Of a stretch of DNA of 64,000 bases, positions 48,697 to 57,515 are shown one piece after another; the stretch's first letter is position 1, and every line of letters starts with the position of its first letter. Both the position numbers and the translations under genes were made by a program. Source of the stretch: Woeseiaceae bacterium (GTDB lineage Bacteria > Pseudomonadota > Gammaproteobacteria > Steroidobacterales > Woeseiaceae); assembly GCA_037968975.1 (NCBI GenBank), contig JBBKWL010000018.1, positions 13,303-77,302 on the forward strand. Reading direction: 5' to 3'. The notes beneath the pieces are model-generated. The model searched no databases. It saw only the letters and a list, made by a program, of their open reading frames with translations, and was not told the DNA's origin.

Positions 48697-50205
48697 GTGC
48701 GAATGGACCAAAGCAAGATCGACTGGCCAAGCTTCATCGCCACGATCGCGATGATACTCATTGTTTGCATCCCGCTCGCGCTCGCAGGTGACAGTGGCGC
48801 TGAATTTCTGCAACAAATTTACGACTTCATCGCCAGTCAATTCGGAATTCTTTATCTGCTCGCGGCTGTTGGCGCTGTTGGTTTCCTTTTGTGGCTGGCC
48901 TGCAGTCGATTCGGCAATGTTCGTCTCGGTGACGACGAGGTTGAGTTCAGTCAGATGAGCTGGATAGCCATGCTGTTTTGCGCCGGCATTGGCGCGGGCC
49001 TCATGTACTGGTGTGTCATCGAGTGGACCTACTATTTCGACGCGCCACCGTTCGGTGTCGAGCCGCAAAGTACGGCGGCCGCTGAGTGGGCCTCTACCTA
49101 CGGCATGTTTCACTGGGGCGTCACGGCATGGGCGTTCTACTGCCTGCCCGCTTTGGCGATTGCCTATCCCTACTACAACCGCAAGCTGGACGTGCTGCGT
49201 TTCAGCGTAAGTTGTCACTGGTTCCTGAAAGGCAGAGAACATGGTCCTGTTGCTCGCATGATCGACTTCCTGTTCATGATCGCAATGATTGCGGGCGCGG
49301 CGACCGGCCTCGGCTTCTCCACTCCCATGATTGCCGAATGCCTGACCTGGCTGTTTGGCGTCGAACATACATTCCAGCTTGAAGTCATCGTTATGGCGAT
49401 CTGCGTAAGTTTGTTCGTGTTCAGCGTCTGGCTTGGCCTGCAAAATGGCATCCGGCGCTTGAGCGACATCAACCTGATACTTGCGATCGGTTTGCTGCTA
49501 TTTCTCCTGTTTGCCGGTCCCACCGTGTTCCTGGTCAAGACCAGCCTGAACGGGCTGGGTCTGATGACACAAAACTTTATACGCATGAACTTCTGGACTG
49601 ACCCGTTTACTGACTCCGGGTTTGTCGAATCGTGGACGGTTTTCTATTGGGCCTGGTGGGTTGCCTTCGCTCCTTATGTCGGCTTGTTCATTACCCGAAT
49701 TTCGCGTGGGCGAACCATTCGCCAGGTCATCAAGGGCATGCTCATCTACGGTTCGCTCGGATGCTGGGTGTTCTATATGATCATTGGCAACTACAGCATG
49801 TTCCTGCAGATGAACGATGTTGTTGATGTGCTCGGCGCTATGAAGTCCGCCGGAAGTGGCGCCGCCGCAATTGTTGCAACGCTCGAAGCAATGCCGATTG
49901 CACCGGCCGTAATCACTGTGTTCACGCTGATGTCGATCATCTTTGCGGCAACCACGTACGATTCGGCATCCTATACGCTGGCATCCAGCGCGACCCTGCA
50001 TTTGTCCGCGGGTGAAGATCCGGCCCGCTGGCATCGCGTTTTCTGGGCTTTTGCCCTGGCCGTCATGCCAATTACGTTGCTGTTTATCGGTGGATTGAAG
50101 TCTATTCAGGTAATGCTGTTGATCACGTCGACACCGATCCTGATCGTTGGCGTCTGCATGTCCTATGCGCTGGTGAAAAGCCTGCAACACGACCTCCCGG
50201 CTTAA
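48697..50205 (+). CDS. BCCT-family (betaine/carnitine/choline) transporter
   Basis: 12-TM profile and the BCCT signature WTVFYWAWWVAFAPYVGLFITRISRGRTIRQ. The start is GTG 48697 or ATG 48703. Confidence 0.9.
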   Translation: MRMDQSKIDWPSFIATIAMILIVCIPLALAGDSGAEFLQQIYDFIASQFGILYLLAAVGAVGFLLWLACSRFGNVRLGDDEVEFSQMSWIAMLFCAGIGAGLMYWCVIEWTYYFDAPPFGVEPQSTAAAEWASTYGMFHWGVTAWAFYCLPALAIAYPYYNRKLDVLRFSVSCHWFLKGREHGPVARMIDFLFMIAMIAGAATGLGFSTPMIAECLTWLFGVEHTFQLEVIVMAICVSLFVFSVWLGLQNGIRRLSDINLILAIGLLLFLLFAGPTVFLVKTSLNGLGLMTQNFIRMNFWTDPFTDSGFVESWTVFYWAWWVAFAPYVGLFITRISRGRTIRQVIKGMLIYGSLGCWVFYMIIGNYSMFLQMNDVVDVLGAMKSAGSGAAAIVATLEAMPIAPAVITVFTLMSIIFAATTYDSASYTLASSATLHLSAGEDPARWHRVFWAFALAVMPITLLFIGGLKSIQVMLLITSTPILIVGVCMSYALVKSLQHDLPA

Positions 50206-50208
50206 CTG

Positions 50209-51756
50209 ATGATAAGGCCCATTGTTGTTGCCAGCATGCTCGCGCTCACCGCCTGCGATGGCGCGCCGGAAGTGTCTGTCGATGGCGAACTGCTGATCGG
50301 CAAGTACGTCGAGGACAGGAAAGTCGCCACGTTTCTCGGCGTGCCTTTCGCGGACCCCCCGGTCGGTGATCTTCGTTGGCGCGCGCCGCAACCCTTAAGT
50401 CACAAGGTGGCGAAACGCGACGCTACCGAGTTCGAAGCTGCCTGTATGCAATCGCTGCGAATTCTGGATTGGTATCGCTGGATGGCGGTGCAGTTCGGTA
50501 GCACCGAAGACTACTATGACGACCTTGAGGTCAGCGAAGACTGCCTCTACCTGAACGTTTGGACGCCGACACTGGAAAATGATGCCAAACTGCCGGTAAT
50601 GGTTTGGGTGCACGGCGGCAGTAACAAGAGCGGCTGGGCGTACGAACTGAACTATCATGGTCACAAACTCGCGCAGGAAGATGTGGTTGTGGTGTCCGTT
50701 GCCTACCGCCATGGTGTCTTTGGTTTTCTTTCACATCCGGAGATGCCACCCGATGCGCCTGTGGCGAACTTTGCGTATTGGGATCTCGTTGCGTCTCTGG
50801 AGTGGATCCGGGACAACATCGAGAAATTCGGCGGTGACCCCGAACGCGTCACCTTGTTTGGTGAGTCTGCCGGTGCAACAAATATACTGGCGTTGATGTT
50901 CGCCGAACCGGCGAATGGCCTTTTCCATCGGGGTGTTTTGCAAAGTACCGCCGGGTTTGGCCGCGACCGCATGTCTACGCTGGCGGCAGAACAGGCGCGC
51001 GGTTCGCAGCTGGCGCAGGCGTTCAACTTACCGCGAGAAGGGAGTCTGCAAGCGCTGCGCCAGATTCCCGCAGACGAATTGTTTGCGACGTACGACGAGA
51101 AATTCAGCGATCAGCGCCACTCACCGGCTGTTGATGAGCAGATGTTTCGCCAAAACACCTGGATCGCAATGCACGAGCGTGGTTTCGGCGAGCGCCAGAT
51201 GATCATTGGCACAAATCGGAATGAGTGGTACAGCAGTATTGCCGAGGATACGAACTGGGACGACGTCGAGGACAAGGCGGCCGAGGTGTTCAGCGCCGAC
51301 AATGTGGCCGCGGCTCTCGCGATTGTTCGCAGCGAGACGGATCCTCGTCACGCGCTTGATCGTCTGCATACAGCCACGCTGATGCTATGCGCGGCACAGC
51401 AGGTCGCTGCCAGCATGAGCGCCTCTGGCAGCGATGCCTGGATGTATCACTTTACGCGCGTGCGCGAAGGTGACGCTGGTGCAGCGCTCGGCGCCTACCA
51501 TGGTGCCGAGTACCCCTATGTATTTGCTGTGCATGATGATTACATGCCCAGCAGTGATATTGACTATGCGTTGGAGGAAGTCATGCAGAGCTACTGGGTT
51601 CAGTTTGCGAAGAGTGGCAATCCAAACAGTGCTGGGACGAGCTACTGGCCGCGGTTCGAGGCGCCTGAACATCTGGTTCAGGAATTGGGCGATACTGTGA
51701 TGACAATGCCAGCGCCTGAACCTGAGCTATGCGCGCTTTTCGAAAGCGAGTTATAG
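50209..51756 (+). CDS. Type-B carboxylesterase/cholinesterase-family hydrolase, predicted lipoprotein
   Basis: Lipobox MLALTAC. EDCLYLNVWTP, VMVWVHGGS (oxyanion hole), nucleophile elbow FGESAGA. Confidence 0.88.
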   Translation: MIRPIVVASMLALTACDGAPEVSVDGELLIGKYVEDRKVATFLGVPFADPPVGDLRWRAPQPLSHKVAKRDATEFEAACMQSLRILDWYRWMAVQFGSTEDYYDDLEVSEDCLYLNVWTPTLENDAKLPVMVWVHGGSNKSGWAYELNYHGHKLAQEDVVVVSVAYRHGVFGFLSHPEMPPDAPVANFAYWDLVASLEWIRDNIEKFGGDPERVTLFGESAGATNILALMFAEPANGLFHRGVLQSTAGFGRDRMSTLAAEQARGSQLAQAFNLPREGSLQALRQIPADELFATYDEKFSDQRHSPAVDEQMFRQNTWIAMHERGFGERQMIIGTNRNEWYSSIAEDTNWDDVEDKAAEVFSADNVAAALAIVRSETDPRHALDRLHTATLMLCAAQQVAASMSASGSDAWMYHFTRVREGDAGAALGAYHGAEYPYVFAVHDDYMPSSDIDYALEEVMQSYWVQFAKSGNPNSAGTSYWPRFEAPEHLVQELGDTVMTMPAPEPELCALFESEL

Positions 51757-52308
51757 CTTGCGGGCGATGTCGCCGACGCTGATGTCACCTGACTGCACGA
51801 CCTTTGCACAAATGCCGCGAAAATTCTGGATTTTACCGCGGCCGGAGTTGACGAACACCATGGCATCGACGCCGAAACGCGCTGCGAATTTTTTGCAGCC
51901 TGTATGCGGTGGCTCGGTCACTTCCACTATGGCATCGCCCAGCGCGAGTTGCGTTCCTGGTGGCAGGTTTTCGCCACTCAGGTCCAGGTCGACGAATAAC
52001 TGGTCGCCTGCAAGCGGCCAGCGATCCTCCGAACCCGCTACGCGATCAACGACCCGAGCGTTCATGATATTGAGTTGCATTTTCGGATCTGCAACGCCGT
52101 CTGGCATGTGCCGGGAACCACGTGCTCGCCAATTATCGCCAACCAGGCCTTCATCGATATCCAGGTGAGCTTTTTGCGGCGTGTCGCGTGCGTCGACGTC
52201 GGGTCGCTTAACGATGAGTTTCAGCTTACCGTGGTCAGAAGGCGAAGCAAGTATATGGTCGACGCCCTGATTGAGTTCATCAGCAGAAAAGTGAATTGCC
52301 GTGGTCAT
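51751..52308 (-). CDS. MOSC domain-containing protein
   Basis: 185 aa. LVGD.......R.V.........PG..GENL...G....L..G..L.LG.A..EVT.P...C pattern. Confidence 0.8.
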   Translation of the reverse strand: MTTAIHFSADELNQGVDHILASPSDHGKLKLIVKRPDVDARDTPQKAHLDIDEGLVGDNWRARGSRHMPDGVADPKMQLNIMNARVVDRVAGSEDRWPLAGDQLFVDLDLSGENLPPGTQLALGDAIVEVTEPPHTGCKKFAARFGVDAMVFVNSGRGKIQNFRGICAKVVQSGDISVGDIARKL

Positions 52309-52312
52309 CGAG

Positions 52313-52789
52313 TTACTCCTCTAATAATTGCATCACCTGCACAGTATTGTTGTCGGGATCGCGAAGCTGCAAGACCAGCAAATTATTCACTTCGTCGAAA
52401 ATGATATTCGCTGGGGAAACGGCCGCAGGCAGCTTGGCCGCAAATCGCTCTATATCCTCCACCAGCATACCCACCTTGAAGGGCCCCTGCGTCTGCCCAC
52501 CCGGTCTTGCGCCCGCGTGAGGCAGTTGTAACAGCTCGACGAATATATTCGGACCGATGAGGTTGATGATGTCGTAACGCCCGGCCTCGGTGGACCGAGA
52601 CACGTGCTCGAGACCAAGAACCGCTTTATACCAGCCGCTGGAGCCATCGACATCACTGACAATCAGGGCGAAATAACTGCCGTTCACATCCTTTTCAAGG
52701 ACAACAGTTTCAGCGTCAGCTGTTTCGGCAGCGCTAGTTGTCACGAGCGGAAAAAATAGAATGGAAATGATCAGGAGCCGGATTTTCAT
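52313..52789 (-). CDS. Exported VOC (glyoxalase/bleomycin-resistance) family protein
   Basis: Signal peptide MKIRLLIISILFFPLVTTSAA. A VOC-like beta-alpha-beta pattern (FALIVSDVD.S..WY..VLGL). Moderate recognition only. Confidence 0.6.
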   Translation of the reverse strand: MKIRLLIISILFFPLVTTSAAETADAETVVLEKDVNGSYFALIVSDVDGSSGWYKAVLGLEHVSRSTEAGRYDIINLIGPNIFVELLQLPHAGARPGGQTQGPFKVGMLVEDIERFAAKLPAAVSPANIIFDEVNNLLVLQLRDPDNNTVQVMQLLEE

Positions 52790-52856
52790 AGCATCGCAAT
52801 ATGGTAGGTTAAGCAGGCTTCAAGTTTAACTACGCAGGTCAGCGGAGGAAACAATA

Positions 52857-53546
52857 ATGATAGGTGCGAACACCAAAAACTTCACTTTTTTTGTTACAGC
52901 AATTCTTATTTCTGCCTTTGTTGCGCCACACACTGCAACGGCGCAGGCGGAGGCTGAAGATCCGATGGAAATGGGCTTTTTTGTGACCAGCGTTGGCGTT
53001 GGTGATGGCGGCAACCTGGGCGGGCTTGCCGGTGCCGATGCACATTGCCAGGCGTTGGCAAAGGATGCGGGGGCAGGCCACCGGACCTGGCGTGCATACC
53101 TGAGTACTCAGGCAACCGACTCGTCGCCTGCCGTCGATGCTCGTGATCGAATTGGCACTGGCCCATGGGCGAATGCCAAGGGTGTTGTGATGGCCGCAGA
53201 TCTCGATGACCTGATGTACAACAATGCCAACTTACACTTCGACAACTCTGTCGATGAGAACGGCGAGACGGTCAACTCGGGCGCCAATGGCGACACACCG
53301 AATCGACATGATCTGCTGACCGGAACCGAGCTCGACGGTACTGCGCCAGAGGGCGATGAGGACCTTACCTGCAGCAACTGGACCAGCAACAGTGACGGCA
53401 AGGCGGTGGTGGGGCATCACGATCGCTTCCGCAGGACCACGCCGGGAAGCCCATGGAACAACGCCCACCCATCGCGCGGCTGCAGCCAGGAAAACCTGCA
53501 GTCCAGCGGTGGCGACGGCTTGTTCTACTGTTTCGCCGCGAAATAA
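52857..53546 (+). CDS. Secreted DUF1554 / endostatin-like (C-type-lectin-fold) domain protein
   Basis: Signal peptide, then FFVTSVGVGDGGNLGGLAGADAHCQALAKDAG...WRAYLST...LTCSNWTS...LFYCFA. Four Cys with spacing like the collagen XV/XVIII endostatin domain. Recognised from memory. Confidence 0.6.
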   Translation: MIGANTKNFTFFVTAILISAFVAPHTATAQAEAEDPMEMGFFVTSVGVGDGGNLGGLAGADAHCQALAKDAGAGHRTWRAYLSTQATDSSPAVDARDRIGTGPWANAKGVVMAADLDDLMYNNANLHFDNSVDENGETVNSGANGDTPNRHDLLTGTELDGTAPEGDEDLTCSNWTSNSDGKAVVGHHDRFRRTTPGSPWNNAHPSRGCSQENLQSSGGDGLFYCFAAK

Positions 53547-53576
53547 CTATGCGGACTTAAGTCACTGTAATCGCTG

Positions 53577-53933
53577 TTACCCGCACGCTCGCATTTTTTG
53601 TGTGAGCGTGCGCAGTTTCGCTTTGAACTCCTCGCCCTCTTGCGGCGAAAAACCGCGCAGCATTTCTACTTCTATGGCGTCGATCGCGTCACGCAATGGG
53701 TCTTTGCACGCCTCGATCTCTGTGTCGGACCGATTGCTCACAACCGCTGCCTGAGGGGTCTCTTCAATGGCCTCAGCGACTTCCGGCGCCTCTGTTTCTG
53801 CTTTCTCGACCGGGCACGGGATTTGTTGATACGCGACGTTGCCGTCTGCGTCGATGCATTTATGGATTTCAACATCGGCGTTCGCCGCCGTTGCAGCGAA
53901 CACAAACAAGAGGAAAACTGATATCCGTGTCAT
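53577..53933 (-). CDS. DUF4124-like exported protein
   Basis: Signal peptide MTRISVFLLFVFAATAANA, then EIHKCIDADGNVAYQQIPCP, the typical N-terminal DUF4124 motif. Confidence 0.65.
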   Translation of the reverse strand: MTRISVFLLFVFAATAANADVEIHKCIDADGNVAYQQIPCPVEKAETEAPEVAEAIEETPQAAVVSNRSDTEIEACKDPLRDAIDAIEVEMLRGFSPQEGEEFKAKLRTLTQKMRACG

Positions 53934-54044
53934 TACGAGCCCGTCCAAAAATATCCGCGCTCATTGTCCCACTAAATCACGCACAGAAAAAATCGAATCA
54001 GCAGGGTGCGATTTGCGGTCTTCAAGACCGTATACTCGGCAGTT

Positions 54045-54467
54045 ATGAACAAAGAAGTTTACGGTGGGTGCCTGTGCGGAACAGTGCGATATGCGGCGGC
54101 GCCCAAACCGGAGTCGGCCTACTACTGTCATTGCCGCGATTGCCAGATTGGCAGCTCAAGCGCTTTTACGGTCGCTGTTTATTCCGACGCCAAGGCGTTT
54201 CGATTGACGTCGGGCGAGCTGGCAACGTATTCCAAAGTCGCAGACAGTGGACGCAAGCTCGATCGTATGTTTTGCTCAAACTGCGGCACGCCACTGGCGT
54301 GGACAGGCGAAGGATTTCCTGGGGTGGTACTGATATCACTCAGTAGCCTCGATGATCCGGAGGCTTTTACGCCAGTGCATGAGGGATGGACCGACAGCGC
54401 GGTTTCGTGGTGTCGGGTGCACGATTCAGTCACGAGCTTTCCGGGGCGGCCCGAAAGAGATTTTTGA
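54045..54467 (+). CDS. GFA (glutathione-dependent formaldehyde-activating / CENP-V) family protein
   Basis: GGCLCGTVRY...CHCRDCQ...FCSNCGTPL zinc-binding Cys pattern. Confidence 0.8.
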   Translation: MNKEVYGGCLCGTVRYAAAPKPESAYYCHCRDCQIGSSSAFTVAVYSDAKAFRLTSGELATYSKVADSGRKLDRMFCSNCGTPLAWTGEGFPGVVLISLSSLDDPEAFTPVHEGWTDSAVSWCRVHDSVTSFPGRPERDF

Positions 54468-54591
54468 AAATTTGGCGAATTCCAAGAGGTAGCAAGATGA
54501 AGCTAGATGAGATGGGGGTTCTTGTTCCGTCAACGACCTGGCCGAGTTTCCCGAACCTCCCTAAGCAACGACGCCCGGTTATGAGTAGCAC

Positions 54592-54978
54592 ATGTTTGAC
54601 CTGGCTTTAGTTACAATCGTTGCGGTCCTGGCCAGCGCCACGCTGCCGGATCCATTGGCGGCCGGCTGGAAAGGTGCGCCAGTCTGCGAACGTCTTCACG
54701 AAGATGCAACGCAAAGAATCCTGCGCTGCACGTTTGCGCCCGGCGTGGGTCACGAGCGGCATTGTCATGCAGCGAATTTCGGCTATGCCGTTGCGGGCGG
54801 TCGCATGCAGATAACTGACGCGAGCGGCACGCGCAACGTCGACCTGCCAACCGGGAGCAGTTTCACGAGTCCCGGCACAAAATGGCATGAAGTCCTGAAT
54901 ATTGGAGATACCACGGTTGTGTATCTGATATTCGAAGCTACCGCAAACAATGCAACTCTGTGCGGAGCAGGGGAATGA
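54592..54978 (+). CDS. Cupin-domain protein (exported?)
   Basis: G.HERHCH...G......G........G......PG..H.V.N.G cupin motifs. Hydrophobic N-terminus. Confidence 0.65.
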   Translation: MFDLALVTIVAVLASATLPDPLAAGWKGAPVCERLHEDATQRILRCTFAPGVGHERHCHAANFGYAVAGGRMQITDASGTRNVDLPTGSSFTSPGTKWHEVLNIGDTTVVYLIFEATANNATLCGAGE

Positions 54979-55406
54979 GCGGCGACAGCACTGTTACTAC
55001 CGGTGGCTGCCTGTGCGGACAAGTGCGCTTCGAAGTGCGCGGGCCCTTACGCGGTGTAGTGAATTGCCATTGCAGCATGTGCCAACGACTGCACGGCAAC
55101 TTCGGGCCGCACAGCAAGGCTCGCAAGGTCAATATATCGATCACGAAGAACGACGGCCTCGCGTGGTACAAGACGTCCGAAATCGCACGCCGCGGTTTTT
55201 GTTGTAATTGTGGTTCCAGCCTTTTTTGGGAGCCGTTTGATCTGGATGCCACGGGTATTATTGCCGGATCGCTCGACGGTCCTACCGGGTTGGAAACCAT
55301 AGGCCATATATTCGTCGGTGAGAAAGCGGACTTCTACGAAATCACGGATGCATTGCCACAGTTTGAAGCTTCGTCAAACGGCGAACTTGTAAACGACTAT
55401 AAGTAG
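54975..55406 (+). CDS. GFA family protein (second paralogue)
   Basis: GGCLCGQVRFEV...CHCSMCQRLHG...FCCNCGSSLF. ATGA overlap with the cupin stop. Confidence 0.8.
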   Translation: MSGDSTVTTGGCLCGQVRFEVRGPLRGVVNCHCSMCQRLHGNFGPHSKARKVNISITKNDGLAWYKTSEIARRGFCCNCGSSLFWEPFDLDATGIIAGSLDGPTGLETIGHIFVGEKADFYEITDALPQFEASSNGELVNDYK

Positions 55407-55477
55407 ACACACACTTCACGAAGAAAACTCGCAGTGCCCAGGAGATTCTGGATGGAGTAGCGAAACTGTGGCTCTAA

Positions 55478-56202
55478 CAAGCTCCGGGGATCGCCGCGAT
55501 CCTCACCTGTCTTTTTCTCAGGCGCCCTGTCGCGAGTTTGCCGTGGTCGTGGGGAGCGTGGAAATGGAATTGGTATGCCTGGGCATTACCCATTGCATAC
55601 GGACTCGTGATGTACCTTCCGGTTTGGCTGTTCGGTCTGGGTGGCAGTGGTTTTGGTAATCCCGAAACGCTCTCCAGCTGGACGAGCCAGATCACCGGGT
55701 CGGCCGACTTCAGTCTTCCTGCCGTCATCCTGTTTGTATTTCTGACCGGCACCATCGGGATCGTCAGTTCTGCTTCACGTGCACTGGGCGAAGAGAGCGG
55801 CTGGCGTGGCTTCATGATTTGGGAAATGCGAAAAGTCATGCCTTTCTGAGCGGTCGGGATTATGTCTGGTCTGATCTGGGGTCTGTGGCACTGGCCCGGG
55901 ATCCTGTTGACGGATTACAACGCAGGCGAAGGCAATCTGGTCCTGCAAATGGTCCTATTTACTCTCAGCATCACTCCCCAGGGTATTATCTACGTTATTT
56001 TTCCTTTAAATCCAACAGCTTGTGGCCTGCGGTAATTCTGCATGCCAGCCACAACCTTTTTATTCAAAGCGTGTACACGTCACTCACCATAAGGGGAGGT
56101 GGGACACATTTCTATTTTGACGAATTCGGCATACTTCTTCCTGTAGTCAGTTGCGCGGCTGCCATCTATTTTTATCGCCGCGCGAAAGCAGAGATTCTTT
56201 AG
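55478..56202 (+). pseudogene. CPBP (CAAX/Abi) family intramembrane metalloprotease, disrupted
   Basis: Motif 1 GEESGWRGF (55538-55849 frame). An in-frame TGA at 55847-55849 is followed in the same frame by AVGIMSGLIWGLWHWPGILL (motif 2). A frame change at the T5 run 55998-56002 leads to SLWPAVILHASHNLF (motif 3, 55819-56202 frame). The N-terminal frame is cut by TAA at 55475. Confidence 0.6.
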
Positions 56203-56214
56203 GAGGATAGTCAC

Positions 56215-56967
56215 ATGAGCTCGAGCTCTTCAGTCGGACGCACGCTTTTCCAGGGCGTTGTCGTCATCGCTTCAATCCTGCTCGCTTTCGGAGCCAACGC
56301 CTGGTGGGTTGATCGCACCACAGAGATTGAGTCTCTGGAATTGGTTTTACATGACCTGAGCGATACTGCCAGGCAGCTGCAGGCGTTCTCCGCCTACTCA
56401 GCCGGAGCCGGAGAATCTGCTCTCGCCGCTTATGGCGCCCTTTCAAAACGAGCACCTTACGATAAGAATGCAATTCGCAGCCATCTGCTGCGTGTTAATC
56501 GCGGTACGCTACAACTACCTATGGCCGGCTACAGCGACCTGATAAACAGCGGCGATTTAAGAACCATTGGCAATAGCAACCTGCGCAATGCGCTTGTTGA
56601 ATTCTACGAGTCGGCGGAACGCCGTCAGGCTATTATTGAAAACAACAACCGCGTGTACATCGACGGCCAATTAGTTCCGGCGCTGTTCGAAAAAGGGCTT
56701 ATCCTGCCGCACTCCAACGGCAATGCTGGCAGCGACGAGAGCAACATAGCGCACAGCTCTATCAACAACAAAATTGACCCAAGCTTTTCGCATCGCCCCG
56801 ATCCGATCTGGAATTTCCCTATCGATTCGCGGGAATGGCGCACACTACGTTCGACCTTGCTCACGTCTGCTCAGGTTCACGCCGTCGGTGAGAACTTTGC
56901 AAATGAAATGGTTTTGGAGGCACAGCGCCTTGAAGATGCTATCGTTATCTATCTGAACGACAGATAG
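56215..56967 (+). CDS. Membrane-anchored hypothetical protein
   Basis: 250 aa. N-terminal anchor LFQGVVVIASILLAFGANAWW, then a helical soluble domain. No family recognised with confidence. Confidence 0.5.
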   Translation: MSSSSSVGRTLFQGVVVIASILLAFGANAWWVDRTTEIESLELVLHDLSDTARQLQAFSAYSAGAGESALAAYGALSKRAPYDKNAIRSHLLRVNRGTLQLPMAGYSDLINSGDLRTIGNSNLRNALVEFYESAERRQAIIENNNRVYIDGQLVPALFEKGLILPHSNGNAGSDESNIAHSSINNKIDPSFSHRPDPIWNFPIDSREWRTLRSTLLTSAQVHAVGENFANEMVLEAQRLEDAIVIYLNDR

Positions 56968-57002
56968 TGCAAAGGTAGCTCTTTGGTTACATCAGCTAGC
57001 GG

Positions 57003-57353
57003 ATGAACAAACTAAAAACACTAAACTGGATCCTGCTCGCACTCCTTGGCATCGCTGCCGGTACCTCGAAGTTGCTGCAGGTGCCACAGGAGATGGCGTT
57101 CTTCCAAGGCGAAATGGGTTATAGCGCCGAGGTCATTATGGTGTTCGGGCTGCTGCAGTTTGTGGCGGGCGTCATGCTGGTTTTCAAGCAGACGCGCATG
57201 GTGGGCGGTGCGTTGCTCGGGCTTACCCTGCTGCTGTCCGCTATCGTCGTTTTCATGGCGGGCAAGATCGGCTTTGGCATCGTTTCTCTGGTGCCGGTAC
57301 TAATGGCCGACCTGTTAGTCTGGTTCGAAATCAAGGCGAAGAAGTCTCTGTAG
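57003..57353 (+). CDS. DoxX-like four-TM membrane protein
   Basis: 116 aa. WILLALLGIAAGTSKL...VFGLLQFVAGVMLVF is the DoxX-like pattern. Confidence 0.6.
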   Translation: MNKLKTLNWILLALLGIAAGTSKLLQVPQEMAFFQGEMGYSAEVIMVFGLLQFVAGVMLVFKQTRMVGGALLGLTLLLSAIVVFMAGKIGFGIVSLVPVLMADLLVWFEIKAKKSL

Positions 57354-57392
57354 TTCGGCTCTGGCGGGTGGCAAAAATGCTATTCTTCGCGC

Positions 57393-57515
57393 TTGAGCGC
57401 CAATAACAAAACCGTCTCGTTATTCGAGGAACTCAAGCGCCGCAGCGTGTACCGCGTTGGGCTTGCTTATGTTGTCCTTACCTGGCTGTTGCTGCAGGCG
57501 ATGAATGCGAATTGA
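57393..57515 (+). pseudogene. Orphan 5' fragment of a membrane-anchored signalling/TPR-type gene
   Basis: Hand translation: (L)SANNKTVSLFEELKRRSVYRVGLAYVVLTWLLLQAMNAN*. The F.ELKRR.V.RV...Y....W...Q motif is the usual N-terminal anchor of much larger proteins. Here it stops after ~40 codons and overlaps the TauD start. Confidence 0.3.

Noticed and set aside
55847-55849. In-frame TGA in the CPBP protease as a selenocysteine or programmed readthrough site
   Set aside because: I could see no SECIS-like hairpin just downstream. The position is not a catalytic Cys site, and the same gene also has a frameshift and a truncated N-terminus. A pseudogene or sequencing error is more parsimonious.
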